DNA of 60,312 nucleotides, filler included, from Dimargaris cristalligena (lineage: Eukaryota): NCBI GenBank assembly GCA_003614675.1. It is 4 parts of 4 records of this genome, joined end to end, with 100 filler letters (N's around TTAATTAATTAA, not from the genome) between each part and the next. Parts side by side here need not be neighbours in the genome. Positions count along the whole stretch, not along the records: positions 15,124 to 30,138 come from ML002919.1; positions 30,239 to 45,231 come from ML002920.1; 2 more parts are not named here. The stretch is one strand, 5' to 3'. The notes below the pieces were generated by a model. That model was not told the DNA's origin. It searched no databases and saw only the letters and a program-made list of their open reading frames with translations. The position numbers were made by a program, and so were the translations under genes. Below are positions 23,661-36,242 of this stretch, piece after piece. Position 1 is the first letter of the stretch. Each line of letters begins with the position of its first letter.

Positions 23661-26600
23661 TCAAGGAAGAGGGTAGTAGGTGAAAGTTTTTTTAATAAAA
23701 AAAGGCCTGGTTTGCAAACGGAAAAGGTGGGGCGACAGACAGTGGGCCGAAGCAGGTTCGGGATATTAGTGTTACTCGGGGGCAGGAAAAAAAGAGCAGG
23801 TAGTGTGTGGATATATAAGGGTCGGACAATAGTGGAGCAGTTGGGTGGGGCTGCAATCGGTCAAAGTACTAGGATTCTGAAGGTGAAAGCCCGCCACTAG
23901 GTATTTAATTTGATGGAAAAAATAGGGACAGTCGAACAAAATTATAAGGAGAAATAGGTCAAGGCACAGCGCAGTGGGTACTGATTGAGCAGAGAACTCG
24001 GGGGAGTGCAGGCGGAGTGGAGACATATATATATATAATATAATATAATACATGTATGTGCGTGGAAGCGCCAGGTCAGCTGGGTGTTATGGCATTACAA
24101 GGAGAGTCTGGCCCTTCTTCATTCACCACTCCCACTCGCCCTCCCTAACTAACCCTAACTAACTACGCATTACCTCTCATCCCTCGCTAAAGAGAATCCG
24201 AATATTTTCGTTCCTACTGAAAAGATTGGCCCTATCGGCTGGGCGGCGAATCGAATTTGGCCATTCAACCTGCCAAATTCCCTCGAAACGATCCTCCCAA
24301 ATACGGAAAAGGGATGCCTTATTACATGTTACACTCGCCCCGGCTGTTGCTACTCAGTGGCTTTATTCCGGTGGGTATTTGGATGCCCGTTGACAAGTCC
24401 TGCTATACTGCTTCTGAAGATTGGCCGCCTTTGAACCATTTCTTGCCATCTGGGCCGCATACTACTGACCACTGGTATCTGACAGACGGTCTGGTAAACA
24501 AGTTATACCCTAAAGAAAATCTCCGCTCAGAGTTGCCTTTAGACTTTCGAACGGTACACACACCATACAGTACATGTGGGTTCACTTCTCCGTGACCCAG
24601 ACTCCTCGGTTAAAATGTGGTCACTCATGATCATTACTATAGGACCGCAAGCCCCCATCCACCGGGACATAACCCAGATATCACTAATCACCGCTAATAA
24701 AATAGCAGTGGTATCGGAGGGGGGTTAGATCCAGGTGCTACGCTCAAATAATAGGGGGTGTAATCGCGTTTCCTGTGGAGGTAAGTGGAGCAATGTCGGC
24801 TGGGCTTCCATGTAGATAATTATCAAATAAGGCGCGTGGCAGCAAATGCTGCCATTTAGCGACCCTCTGGCTTCTCATGGAGACACCGCTGACTGTGGCG
24901 GGAAGTGGCGGCTGATCATGCCTGGTGGGAACCAGCGGAATCATGTTGTGTATTCCCTATAGAGTTCACTCAAATCCTTTCTCATTAAAATTGGGTTTTA
25001 CGGCATGTTGGTTCATAGTGATTCGTAATCTACCGTGTATTTCAGGATTGGCCGGAAACACCCCGGGCAATGAAGCGAAGCGAATACGGTGACGGTGACG
25101 GGCAACTGATTAAATGACCCCGCACGTTATAGCATGGAGTATAGGTTGTATCCCATATGATGCACTGAGGATCGAATTAAACTCCGATACTAACTTGCCA
25201 TCATTAGTGCGAAATGGGCCGCGACGGTCAGTTAGTCCATGGTTGAGAGCCGTGGCCGCGGCTTTATACTAAATTTCCCGTCCGCGGAGTCATACCCCAT
25301 GTCAAAAATAAATAAAAAAAATACCCCAGCTTTGCTTGGTACAGGGCCCTTACAGTCCGAATAGAGAGTCATTGAACGAAGTCTGCGCCGTAATTACGGA
25401 TGGTGCTACAAATGATTTCTACTCTCTGGTTAATAGGACATTGAGGGGTAGATGATACCAAATTAATTATAATAGCGTCAGTAATGGGGAGTGAGTTTGA
25501 GAAACTTGCGGTTATGTCGGTACCAAACTAAAATAACTTCTCGACTTCCGCCACGAACCAGTCAGTGACTGCATACTGCGGCTAAATCATCAGCCGATAT
25601 GCTTCAAATGGCTTATATAATAGGGAACAGCCCGGGTTTCAATCACCATCCTAATCCGTCCCAAGGATTGGCCTAGTAGTAGGCACCCATTGTCCGAGTG
25701 GAATATGGCGAGTGAAGCTTAGATTCTCAGTGATTTCATGGCGGCGAATTCCCTAAAGTGTACCCACTAGTTATTCAGTGCGGATATTGGGGCTTATCAG
25801 AGGTGAATAGGATGTACATATGTGGATATGTCTTTAATCCTTGGCGGTTATGGAATCAGTCTGTTTCCCTTTAGCAAATTGCGCCAACTTGGTTGGGCAA
25901 GATGCAGCCGTGGCAATAGCGGGGTATCTATAAATAGCTAAAGATGGGATGGGGGGGAGTTAAGTCCACAATACCATTTACCACCCCCAAAAATATATAA
26001 AGCTTGATTCGGTAGCAGAATATTTGAACGCCGAATTTCCTCCTAGCTATTGCCTTGGGTATAGATTTTCCTTGGGCCCCTGTAATTGTTGAGCTGTTTT
26101 TATAATTATTTCTCAGTTGGGGGCAGGGTGTATTAAAAACTAACTAAGATGTTCATCAAGTATGCTTACATACTACCCAGTTAAATTAATAATATGGATG
26201 CTATATAGTTGCTATTTTTTATTTCTTTGGTATGCAAACAGTGTTTATTAGACCGCAGTGAGGGTTTGAAGGGTACTAGTATCAGAAAAGCTAGGAGTAT
26301 AAAACACAATATAACAGGTATTGCATTAAAGCGCTGTTATATCCCGAGGACTCGGGTCCCATTCCTTCTAAAGTAGTCTAATGTAGGCTCTCAAAGGGGG
26401 GGGGGCAGTTTGAGCAGCCGAAGGCATTGCTATTCAGTTAGTCCCAGGGCACATTTGTGTCGACAATGTCCAATGAGTTTCGAGGGCTATTCGTGAAGGT
26501 GTTGTTTGATAATATTTATGGGGCGCTGGAGCGACTCGCTGGTTATAGGATTAGGTTATCCACACACTCTCTCCCGACAGGGAACAATTCCAATAGCACC

Positions 26601-26695
26601 GGACTGAAGGGGCTGGTAACCTAGGGAACTGGCAATAATGTTTGCTCCTCAGTGATCTACTAACCAGCCCTAATCAATGCGTATTATTGCCATTC

Positions 26696-27196
26696 TTATC
26701 GAATCACCCAGGTAGCTATGAGTGTAGCTGTCATCCCCAGGGTAATAGTGGTGAAATCGGAAGAGGTGTGGTGGGGTGCGGCTGACTTTCGGTAACTCAT
26801 GGGTGTCGTTGGGTGGTCGACCCTTTTTGCATGTTCAGTATCCGAGAGAAGCGGCGAAGAATCGGTTGAGGTGCCTTCTGGAGGAGTCGTTGGGTTCTGT
26901 TTCGACTGGTTAATACCGTGGTACGCAAGGGCCGCCCCTCCCAGGGCAGCAGCACCGATGCCCGCAACAGCAGCCTTCGAAACATTCGACTTTGACCGGT
27001 CGGCCCCGTCTCGGCCACGGCTCCTGTGACCAAGTGGTATAACAGCTCGCGATGGTGATTGCCAACGGGTTTTGATTTTGGCGTTGCTACCGACTTTCGA
27101 CAATTGAGCTATCTTCCCCCCGCCTTTAGCGCGAACGACACCATAATAAAGAATTATAATAATGGCAGCCATGTAAATATGAGTGAAGCGAACCAT
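26696..27196 (-). CDS. Secreted, possibly GPI-anchored Gly/Ala-rich protein (166 aa)
   Basis: Signal-like N-terminus then KGGGK, basic region, hydrophobic AAVAGIGAAALGGAALA, Ser/Thr linker, hydrophobic C-terminus. Confidence 0.65.
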   Translation of the reverse strand: MVRFTHIYMAAIIIILYYGVVRAKGGGKIAQLSKVGSNAKIKTRWQSPSRAVIPLGHRSRGRDGADRSKSNVSKAAVAGIGAAALGGAALAYHGINQSKQNPTTPPEGTSTDSSPLLSDTEHAKRVDHPTTPMSYRKSAAPHHTSSDFTTITLGMTATLIATWVIR

Positions 27197-27918
27197 GATA
27201 ACTAGAGTCGACTAAGATATGGTTCGAGAATAATATGCATTGGAAAGGCCCAGTGACGGGGCTCTGCCTATTTATGAAGGAAGGACAATGTTTGAAACGC
27301 GAGAGCCCTGGATTACTTAGACGGGCGGTGCCAAGGCTACGCAATAGATGATGTTTACAGTTATGTGGTGCACCATGGTTCAAGGGCAAGTATGCCAACA
27401 TTATTATTATTATTTTAAAAACGACCTGTGGAGAGGCGTGATACAATAGGCTTGGCATTCCCATTGTCCTACACGTTTCGAGTAAAGGGCTGGATAAAAT
27501 GATTTGAATCCCACCAAGTGGAGACGCGCCATAATGTCTCAACAAGTGAGTGAAGAAGGTTGAAAAGGGTTGGGTAGATCCTTTGTGCCCGATCACATGA
27601 TTATCCTTAGTAGGTATCGGGGCCAGGGCCAAGACCAAGAAAGGGACACTGACCAGGCAGATGGTTCACGGTTCTGGAGCGACACTGAACGTAAAGAAAT
27701 CATTATCAATGGTGTTTATTGGAATATGTATAAGGCGGAGATTCGGATTATAGAGCCGCAGGCTGAGTTGGGGGGTTATAGAGTGGAATATATATATATA
27801 TAGTGTTACAATGAAATCACCAACCGTGAAATGGGCTATAACAGTGAAATAGGGTAGTATCTGGATAATAGTAATGAAGAGCGACAAAGGCGGAGAGATA
27901 GTGGCTATGGTAGTTGTA

Positions 27919-28329
27919 TTAGAAACGTGTGGCTAAATAGCCGACCAAAGCGGTGAGCCCGATAGTGAGCGGTTCCGTGTGCCCGAACGAAAGAGTCGTC
28001 GAGCTAGTGCTGGAAGTCGAGGTGGAGTTGGTACTAGATTGGCTGTTACTGTTGACGGCATTAGCGACAGCAGCACCCCCGACAGCGCCGACTACTGCAC
28101 CGGCGGCGGCGGCTCCGACTACTTTACCCGTTGAACTGGAGGAACCTGACGAACCGTTGCTGCCGTTGCTACCGTTTACAGTACCAGTACCGCCCTTGCC
28201 GCCAGTGCCAGCAGCTCCACTAGAGCCAGTTTTCCCGCCGCCTTTGGGGCTGGCCAGGGTATCCGAGCAACACGAGGCCAGGACCAGAAGCGCAAAAGTA
28301 ACGGTGAGCAGGGGGCGGGCGAGGACCAT
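27919..28329 (-). CDS. Secreted, possibly GPI-anchored Gly/Ser-rich protein (136 aa)
   Basis: MVLARPLLTVTFALLVLA signal, KGGGK, three NGS sequons, VVGAAAAGAVVGAVGGAAVA, NST, C-terminal PLTIGLTALVGYLATRF. Confidence 0.8.
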   Translation of the reverse strand: MVLARPLLTVTFALLVLASCCSDTLASPKGGGKTGSSGAAGTGGKGGTGTVNGSNGSNGSSGSSSSTGKVVGAAAAGAVVGAVGGAAVANAVNSNSQSSTNSTSTSSTSSTTLSFGHTEPLTIGLTALVGYLATRF

Positions 28330-29004
28330 GGTTATGGAGATTGGTTTTGTTGGAAGTGGGTTGTTGATGAAAGCGGTAAAGGGAGAACGGAACAAAGGGA
28401 AATGCAAAAATAAACAAGGCTGTTTATTCGCTGGCTAGACTAGAAGTAAAGGAAAAGTAGGGGGGAAGGAGGAGAAAAAGGGAGGACTATTAGTTGGACT
28501 GGTCTGGGCAGCCTATAGAATATAATATAGTAGGATAGTAGTAGTATAGTGGTGGCTAGTGTGCAGTAGTTCCCCCCCCCTTCCTTCCTCTTCACTTGAC
28601 CAGCATCGGACTAACCAGGCTATTCGTCGCCCTTAACGACACCATTACTCTATAATTAGAACGCCATGCAGCAAACACAGGTCAAATGCCGAAATCATTA
28701 AATTACGCTGCCATTGAACACCGCGACACCGACACCGAAAATGCAAGGTGAGCTGTTAGGAAGGAAAAAGAGCGCGGGCCATTTATTCACTACATCGATG
28801 CATTTTAGCCAGGGCGGAGTGGTTCCGCGGCATATCTGCTACACCACCTAAAAAAGACCATATGGGCGCCGCGATTCACCCAACTAGGCTTCTTCTGTTC
28901 GGTTTTGTTTCATTCTACCTTTCCATTGCCAGTTTACGACACCCTTGCGCATTGGCTTCCTGCTCTTCCCTTGACAGTCTACCTGGCCTGCTTTGTGTTT
29001 CACC

Positions 29005-30132
29005 ATGTCTCCGTCGCCCGACCTCAAGCGGCAACGCGCCTCGCCTGAGAATCCACCGGAAACGGACTTAGGGGCGAAGAAAGCCAAGGCCGAGCACGTT
29101 CCACCTAGGCAACTGGTCACCTTTCAGTCCACTGCCGTGGTCCAACGGAGCCAGCCCTCCGAATCCGCCTGGTCGCTGACCCGCATTGAACGCTGTCCGT
29201 CGTCGCTCTCCGCGCCACTTCTCCAGCTCACGGGCCACGAGGGGGAGGTGCTGACTTGCCAGTTCGACCCAACCGGGCAACTCATTGCCTCCGGTTCGGC
29301 CGATCGCCACATCTTCCTCTGGCGTACCGCCGGGGACTGTCCCAATTATGGTATGCTCAAGGCCCACCGGGGGGCCGTTACTCAGATCCGGTGGACTAGC
29401 CAGGGCACCCAGCTCTACTCGACCGCGAGTGACAAGACGGCCATTCTATGGGACTGCGAGTCGGGCCAGCCCATCCGCCGTTGGAAGGGTCACACCGCCG
29501 CCGTCAACTGCTGTTCAGTGCCACGCGGCTTCACCGGCTCCGGCCTCCTGGCCACCGGTAGTGATGACGGCACCGTCCGCCAATGGGATCCCCGCCAGCG
29601 CCACGCCACGCATATCCTCCCTCGCAAATGGCCCGTCACCGCCCTGGCCCACAACTCTTCCGGAGACCAGTTGTTCGTGGGTAGTCTCGACAATACCATC
29701 GCCGTTTGGGACCTCCGCAAACAGGCCTCACTGGAGTCGCTCCTGGGCCATACCGACACCGTAACAGGCCTGGACCTGCACCCTGAGGGTAGCCATCTGC
29801 TATCCTACGCCATGGACAACACCGCCCGTATCTGGGACGTGCGACCTTTTGTGCCGTCCGACCGCGCCATCCACACCCTAACCGGCGCCCCGGCTGGTTT
29901 CGAAAAGAATCTTATCAAACCCGCCTGGTCCCCGGATGGCTCAACTGTGGCCACTGGCTCGGGTGACCGATCGGTTACTCTTTGGAACGCCCGCACCGCA
30001 ACCCTTCTGGCTAAACTCCCCGGCCACAAGGGCTGTGTCAACCAAGTGCATTTCCATCCCCGTGAGGCTATTCTCTTGTCCGGTAGTACCGACCGTACTC
30101 TACTTTTAGGGGACCTGGATGTGGATTTATAG
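29005..30132 (+). CDS. SNRNP40: U5 snRNP 40-kDa WD40 protein
   Basis: SSLSAPLLQLTGHEGEV, NYGMLKAHRGAV, MDNTARIWDVRPF, GFEKNLIKPAWSPDG and KLPGHKGCVN are characteristic of SNRNP40. Confidence 0.93.
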   Translation: MSPSPDLKRQRASPENPPETDLGAKKAKAEHVPPRQLVTFQSTAVVQRSQPSESAWSLTRIERCPSSLSAPLLQLTGHEGEVLTCQFDPTGQLIASGSADRHIFLWRTAGDCPNYGMLKAHRGAVTQIRWTSQGTQLYSTASDKTAILWDCESGQPIRRWKGHTAAVNCCSVPRGFTGSGLLATGSDDGTVRQWDPRQRHATHILPRKWPVTALAHNSSGDQLFVGSLDNTIAVWDLRKQASLESLLGHTDTVTGLDLHPEGSHLLSYAMDNTARIWDVRPFVPSDRAIHTLTGAPAGFEKNLIKPAWSPDGSTVATGSGDRSVTLWNARTATLLAKLPGHKGCVNQVHFHPREAILLSGSTDRTLLLGDLDVDL

Positions 30133-30138
30133 TGAGGA

Positions 30139-30238
30139 NNNNNNNNNNNNNNNNNNNNNNNNNNNNNNNNNNNNNNNNNNNNTTAATTAATTAANNNNNN
30201 NNNNNNNNNNNNNNNNNNNNNNNNNNNNNNNNNNNNNN
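30139..30238. other. Artificial contig spacer
   Basis: N run + TTAATTAATTAA + N run. Confidence 0.99.
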
Positions 30239-30972
30239 AATAGTATAGATAATTAAATTGGTAAACCGAAGAAATGGAGACTCTCGAACAACACAAGAGC
30301 AGTCGATGGGTGTTTTATATACCCTACCGCTGAATACTAGTATATTGCTTTTACAAAGCTAAAGAGGAAACGAGTAGCGTCCCATAGCCGTTCTAGCCTA
30401 TTCGTCCGCCACTCTGGTTATTATATGTGCAACCTTCCAGAAACCGTGGCCGCCTCTCTTGTACCACATCCCTCTCATCCCACCACTGTATTAAAAGAAA
30501 AGGGGTGTAAAAGTTTATGCATTCTCTAAAGAGGACCTTGCACTATAACACCTTAGTTGATAAAATCAGTATTATTTTATCCTGGAGCCGAAAAAAATGA
30601 GGCATTCAGTAGCGCCAATTAATACCAATCTAGTCATACTCGCAAATATGAAATAGCATATTTTTCTATGGTTGTGCTTAAATCAATAACTGCCCAGTAT
30701 TACACACTTGTTACCATACAAGGGTCTTTGGCAAAGTCAAAGCAGCTATAGTCGTGTAGGGCAAAGGTTGTACAGGTCATGTGTATATAGGGGGGTTTTC
30801 TTCCACTTACTATTTAACACTGATAGCCCCCTGTTTAGCTGACAAAGGCCAATATTTCCACCCAGCTTGATTGACAAACATCTTCTTCCAAGACCCCCCC
30901 CCCATTGCTCAAAAAGAGAAGCCTACTGATAACTCCAATATGTTTCTCAGCTTTATCTAGACCTATGTGTGG

Positions 30973-31429
30973 TGCCACCTTGGTTATCCACTCTTAGTCC
31001 GTCAAGAGTCCTGGGGGTAGGCTTCTAATAGATAGATGGGGCTTAGACTCAGCTAAGTGGATCCTAGCATTAGGGTAAGAAATAAGTTAAGGAATTGAAC
31101 CAATCCCAATGGGGCCCAGTTATATATATATGGGGGATGACTCCAGAGGGAGGTCCCTAAGGGAAATACTACTAAGACTAAGGTATACTAAATAAGCTGA
31201 CTAGATGGTTGTGAGGGTCTGGAAGACTCGGGTGGTAACCAGAAGAGTAATCAGATCAGTACCAGAGTAAGTGATGTGAACCTAAGAATCCAGAAGGGGG
31301 ATAGTTATATTGAAATAGGGTGATCCCATAGTACTAGGGGTGGCTATAGGAGGTTATATATGGTGCTATATGGCCTAGTCAGATAGTCAATTACTATGTC
31401 TGGATTAAGTTAGATTAGGAGGGCCAACA
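30973..31429 (+). mobile_element. Solo LTR family A (457 bp, internally deleted)
   Basis: TGCCACC...GGCCAACA with perfect 5-bp TSD TGTGG on both sides. Confidence 0.88.
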
Positions 31430-32148
31430 TGTGGTAAAGTGACAGTTAAGTAGTTTAATAGATACAAGTTAATAATGCATTACCAATGCGGTGAGCTGGT
31501 CAAAGGATCTGAAATGACCTCTATAAACTAATCAGTAAAATGTTTGTTTTTAGTGGAGGTTAATCTGTAATTAACTGACATAAACAATAGTTAAATAATA
31601 GAGGTCCGGCATTAGTAGGTAGTCCATTTAAAAGAAGGCTTTAAATCTACTGGAGAATAGAAATAGCTTAGTGTGGGCTTTTTCCTGCAGCATAAGGGTC
31701 ACAGAAATGGACTAGCCATATATGGGACTAGCCAGCACCAAATTAAGAAAGCCAAAATGTGTAAGGCAGTCACCCAATGATTACCTCCTGGACAAGTTGA
31801 AAAATTACAATAAGATAATATACTGTGGTACCTAACTACTCTAATACTTTACTATAGACCATATAAGGCAGCTTCCTAACTATTGGGGATACTGCACAGG
31901 ATAGTCTCTATTAGTACAATTAGGACTTTGCCCTGGGTATACCCTACATTAGGCCGTAGTAAGATATGCAACCTTTACTATGACCATCACATAGTAACAT
32001 AATAAATGACTACCCAAGCCTAACCAATACCTAAAGCACACCTATACTATACCCTCAATACTAATATATTATTCCTTCAACTCCTATTAGAATATTATAG
32101 TTACCTATAAATGCCTTCTACTACTATATTTATAATTCTAAAATGGCT

Positions 32149-32729
32149 TATTGGCCCTCCTAATCCAACCTAATCTGGACTTAACAATTGTCTGCCCTTA
32201 TTAGGCCTTATAGTACCATATTAACCCTCCCATGGTCACCCCCAGCACTATGGGATCATCATTTATTATATAACCCTTCTCCTTCTGACCCCAATGCTTT
32301 GTACAAACACTCAACCTGCTGATCTGAAGACTCTTCCAGTTCCCATAAGAGTCTTCCAGATATGAAGCCCATCTGGTTGGCCTATTTATCTATACTATCA
32401 TCTAGTAGTATCTTCCCTTGGGACCTCCCTCTAGAGCTGTCTCCGTGTATATATAACTGGACCCCTTGGAATTGGTTAGTCTCCTTAGCTTATTCTTACA
32501 CTCATAGTTTACCCCCAATAAACTCTATATATGCACATTCCCTTCAGTCTAACTAGTAAGTGTACCACTGCACATCCCTTGTATATACCCACATGTATCC
32601 TTAATTAGTTAACATTGTACCACTTAGCCTAATGCTAGGACCCACTTGGCCAAGTCTAAGCCCTATCTGACTGTTAGAAGCCTACCCCCAAGACTCTTGA
32701 TGGACTAAGAGTAGTTAACTCAGATGATA
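32149..32729 (-). mobile_element. Solo LTR family A (581 bp)
   Basis: Perfect 5-bp TSD TGGCT. Termini decayed from TG...CA to TA...TA. Confidence 0.88.
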
Positions 32730-32777
32730 TGGCTTTTTGGTAATATCCCTATATAATTATAACTTTAAGTTAAAACT

Positions 32778-33415
32778 TACTACCCAGGTTCACCACTTTT
32801 AGTCCATTAAGAGTCTTAAGGATAAGCTTCTAATAGTAAATGGGGCTTAGGCTCAGCTAAGTGGGTTACTGGTATTAAGTATAGGTATAGTACTAACTAA
32901 TAAAGGCTACAGTAGGTTTATGTAAGGGACATAGAGTAGATAAATGTACTAGTTAGTACAAGGGGGGGTGGGTATATATAGGGTTTATTGGGGGTAAACT
33001 AGGGATAATACTACTAAGACTAAGGGAATAGGTAAATGGACTGGCCAGATGGCCATTAGTATCCAGAAGGCTCTAATAGTAATTAGAAGAGTCTAATGGA
33101 TTAGCACTTGAGTAATTAGTGCAAAGTGATAGAGTCTAATTAGGGGAAAGGTTATATAATAATAGATGATCCCATAGTACTAGGGGTGACTATGGGAAGG
33201 TTAATATGGGAGAGGTTCAACTGAGCTGTATAATGAAAAATCCATTGGATAAAGTTAGAGGGCTAGTTAAAAATAAATCTCCCATACATTATACCATACA
33301 GTTATCATTTAAAACCTTATACAGCTGGGCCAAATTTCACCCATATAGTACTTGTAAGGCCTAATATGGTTAGACACTAAGTCAGTTGGATTAGGGTGGA
33401 TTAGAAGGTCCAATA
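32778..33415 (+). mobile_element. Solo LTR family A carrying a MITE insertion
   Basis: Colinear with the other copies apart from the insert at 33208-33342. TSD not clear. Confidence 0.8.
33208..33342 (-). mobile_element. ATAT-flanked MITE, copy 2, inside an LTR
   Basis: ATAT-GGGAGAGGTTC...AATTTCACCC-ATAT. Sister LTRs show the empty site GGTTA-ATAT-GGTAC. Confidence 0.88.
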
Positions 33416-33444
33416 ATCAAACTATCATTATACTATTAATTTTT

Positions 33445-34891
33445 CTTTCTAGTAGTTATTGGATGGTCTAACACATGTAGGTGTTTCCCATTGGAATATA
33501 TCTATTAAACCAGCAATTGCCATCTGAGCTATGCTCAATAGCTTATAAATGTGATGTGTAGGTTTCTATAACTGTGTCACTGATGCTTTATGATTATTAT
33601 CCCCCTATATGACAATACCTTTCCTTAAATTGGAAAGGGAGTGCACTGACTTGAGTTCCAATGACCACCAGTATGTCTGTACACCCTCTTTATTAGATAT
33701 GGTAACAATGAGATTGGTGAAATAGATTTCGGCCAACTAACCACCTTTATTGTTGAATCCTATATTCTTTTGATTCTTAGGACAGGTGCCATCCATTAGA
33801 CATGGTGGTCGCTGATTCATGGCCCAGTTAGTATGCCTGGATACATTGTAAAAACCTTAAACCACATAACCACCGTTGGTATGATTGCATTACGTGTTCT
33901 CCCATAAGACCCTTTCTAAATCCTGACATAAAAAGCGGTGATCTTCTTAGCAAGGTCAATCAATATTCACCCCCCAATTTTATTCGGCCAATTACGGTGG
34001 ATAGCGACTAACTTTTTTTTTAATTATCGCCTGACATAGCTCAACGTCTGCACCCTGTCTCAAGCTCACTTTGGTAGTCTTCTGCAAACTAATTCAACAA
34101 CACTATTCTTAGCCTCTCAACTTCTGCTCTGCTTTAAGCATGCCCGTAGCAGTTCCCTGCAACCAATGGTCTTCGCTGATGGAAGGAGGTAGGATTTGTG
34201 TAAAGAAGTGATTATTTAAGTCTTGACTGGGTATTTGATCAAGACTGATATCATATTTCATGCTTGGAATTATAGTTTTTATTAGACCAATTGCTTGTGT
34301 ATCAGCAAACACAATACGCCTCTGACTAATAGTTTTCTTACCCCTCGACAGTTTACGTCTTACTATGTCAGATTTTATCTCCTTCATCTTTAAGGCCAAA
34401 CCTGAATCGCAATGTGAGGTCATATTCGTCGAATATATCAGCTTTAACGACGAAGTTGTCCTGCTTCTTGAGGATGGATCAACAACAACATACAGCGCCA
34501 ACTTGATTTCATACTGGGATTATTAACAGTCAAAGGTTTGACTTTGCTCACACTGAACAATCTGCCTAATCCAGAACCACTTGTCAGCCCAGGTGCTTTC
34601 TCTACCTGATTGTAGTGCTCCGTAATTAAGTACCCTGCACTATCTTGTTAATTATGCCCTGATTTATAAACTTGAATCAATCACCAAACGTCCAAACAAA
34701 ATAATCGCCCATTTATATTGCTACCCATCATTATCTAGGCAATTTACGAATCAGACAACCGACCGGGTGTGTTGTTGGGGCATCAGTCGCAACCGGGTTG
34801 AAGAGACTTAGGCTGTATAGATTACACTTTGGCAGTCTGGCAGGTAGTAGGGTAGTGTTCTATTGACCAATTTTCAGAAATAGCAATTCTG
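33445..34891 (+). pseudogene. Degenerate gene of unknown family, copy 1
   Basis: Colinear with 36243-37741. Conserved peptides CHPLDMVVADSWP and FVEYISFNDEVVLLLEDG. Many stops and frameshifts. Confidence 0.6.
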
Positions 34892-36242
34892 TTTTTGTGT
34901 CAGACAATCGAGGCCGAGTGTAACATCTGAATCTAGTGGGAAGGATATCCCAAACAAACCGTTGGGATAAAATAAATTTTCTTGAAAGATGCTATACCGA
35001 GACATAAATCGACTGCACCAGCTTAGAATAGAAAAGAATCAAGAACCACAAGACGAGAGTTAAGCTTGGCACAGTAGTACATTTTAGGTATAATTTTGAC
35101 CAATAAGATCACTCGAAATACGCAGCACAGTGAATGGTACTCAGGGGGAGATGCAGTCGTCCATTTAGTATGGTCGGGGAATTTTTTTTGTTGTAAATAT
35201 CCGCCAAGGGAAATTTAGACCCCCCTATTATCGTTAATACAAGACTATCTAAGGTACCTTAAATAGACCAAACAGTCCATGGGGCTTGGCCTATGATTAG
35301 GGTAGAGCTACCCTCAGTTGAGCAGCACCCCGGTGCAAGAGAACCTGGCAATACTGACGTGGTCAACCTTGCCAAAACTGCACCAATCTTATCGCTTAAG
35401 GCTAACACACCAAACTATTATAACAAAGCGCTTAGTTCCACCTCCAGGCTGGACCGAAGCAAAGGTCCTCAACATAGATAATAAGGGTTTTTACTTACAT
35501 TCCTTCTCTGCTTGGATCTAAAATCATCCAATATAAAAGGAAGGACCGATTAGGAATAATACTAGTCCTCCGATGACTATAGTCCCATTTGCTTACCATA
35601 ACTACTCAGCCGCTCGGCCCTTTACATTTACCATCATTATGCGTATCAAATAAAGATCTATATTAAATCGCCTACTACTCATTACTATTTGTGCACGCTC
35701 ATAAACTTGCTCTATAATACGATGGTATTTATTAGGTGCGTTTCGACTAGTCACGGGTCTTTATAAATATAAGAGCAACAATTACATGTTTGGAATAAGG
35801 TGTTCCTTCGCCGGTATTCGCAATGCCTTGAACCCTTAGTCGTCTAGTACTTTCTGGATGGATATAGATAGTGGCGGTGGGAACTATAGAACAATATATA
35901 TTACCGCTATAATTGTTAATGAAATAGTTATATTTCACCTTCCCGATAACATAGTCCAAATGTGAAAATGTAGGGATAAGTAACCTGCTGACCAGTCGGG
36001 GAATCCAGTAGATAATATAGCCCCCTACAGAATAAAGTGGTATCAAATCAACTTCCATGAACTTGGGCGGTTAGGGTGAATAATTAGGATTACCCTATTT
36101 AGTATGTTTTGCGCATATACCATTATTTAATCGTTTATATAATCTGGGCAATACTTCCATGGCGGAGGTCTTTGTAATATGATATACAAATGAAGTTTAC
36201 AATGGGCATTTGATCAAAATACCATTCCACTAGTGCTCTTTC

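Noticed and set aside
27126..27887. Third paralog between the two Gly-rich secreted genes
   Set aside because: Only weak similarity to the signal region, with no KGGGK or hydrophobic tract.
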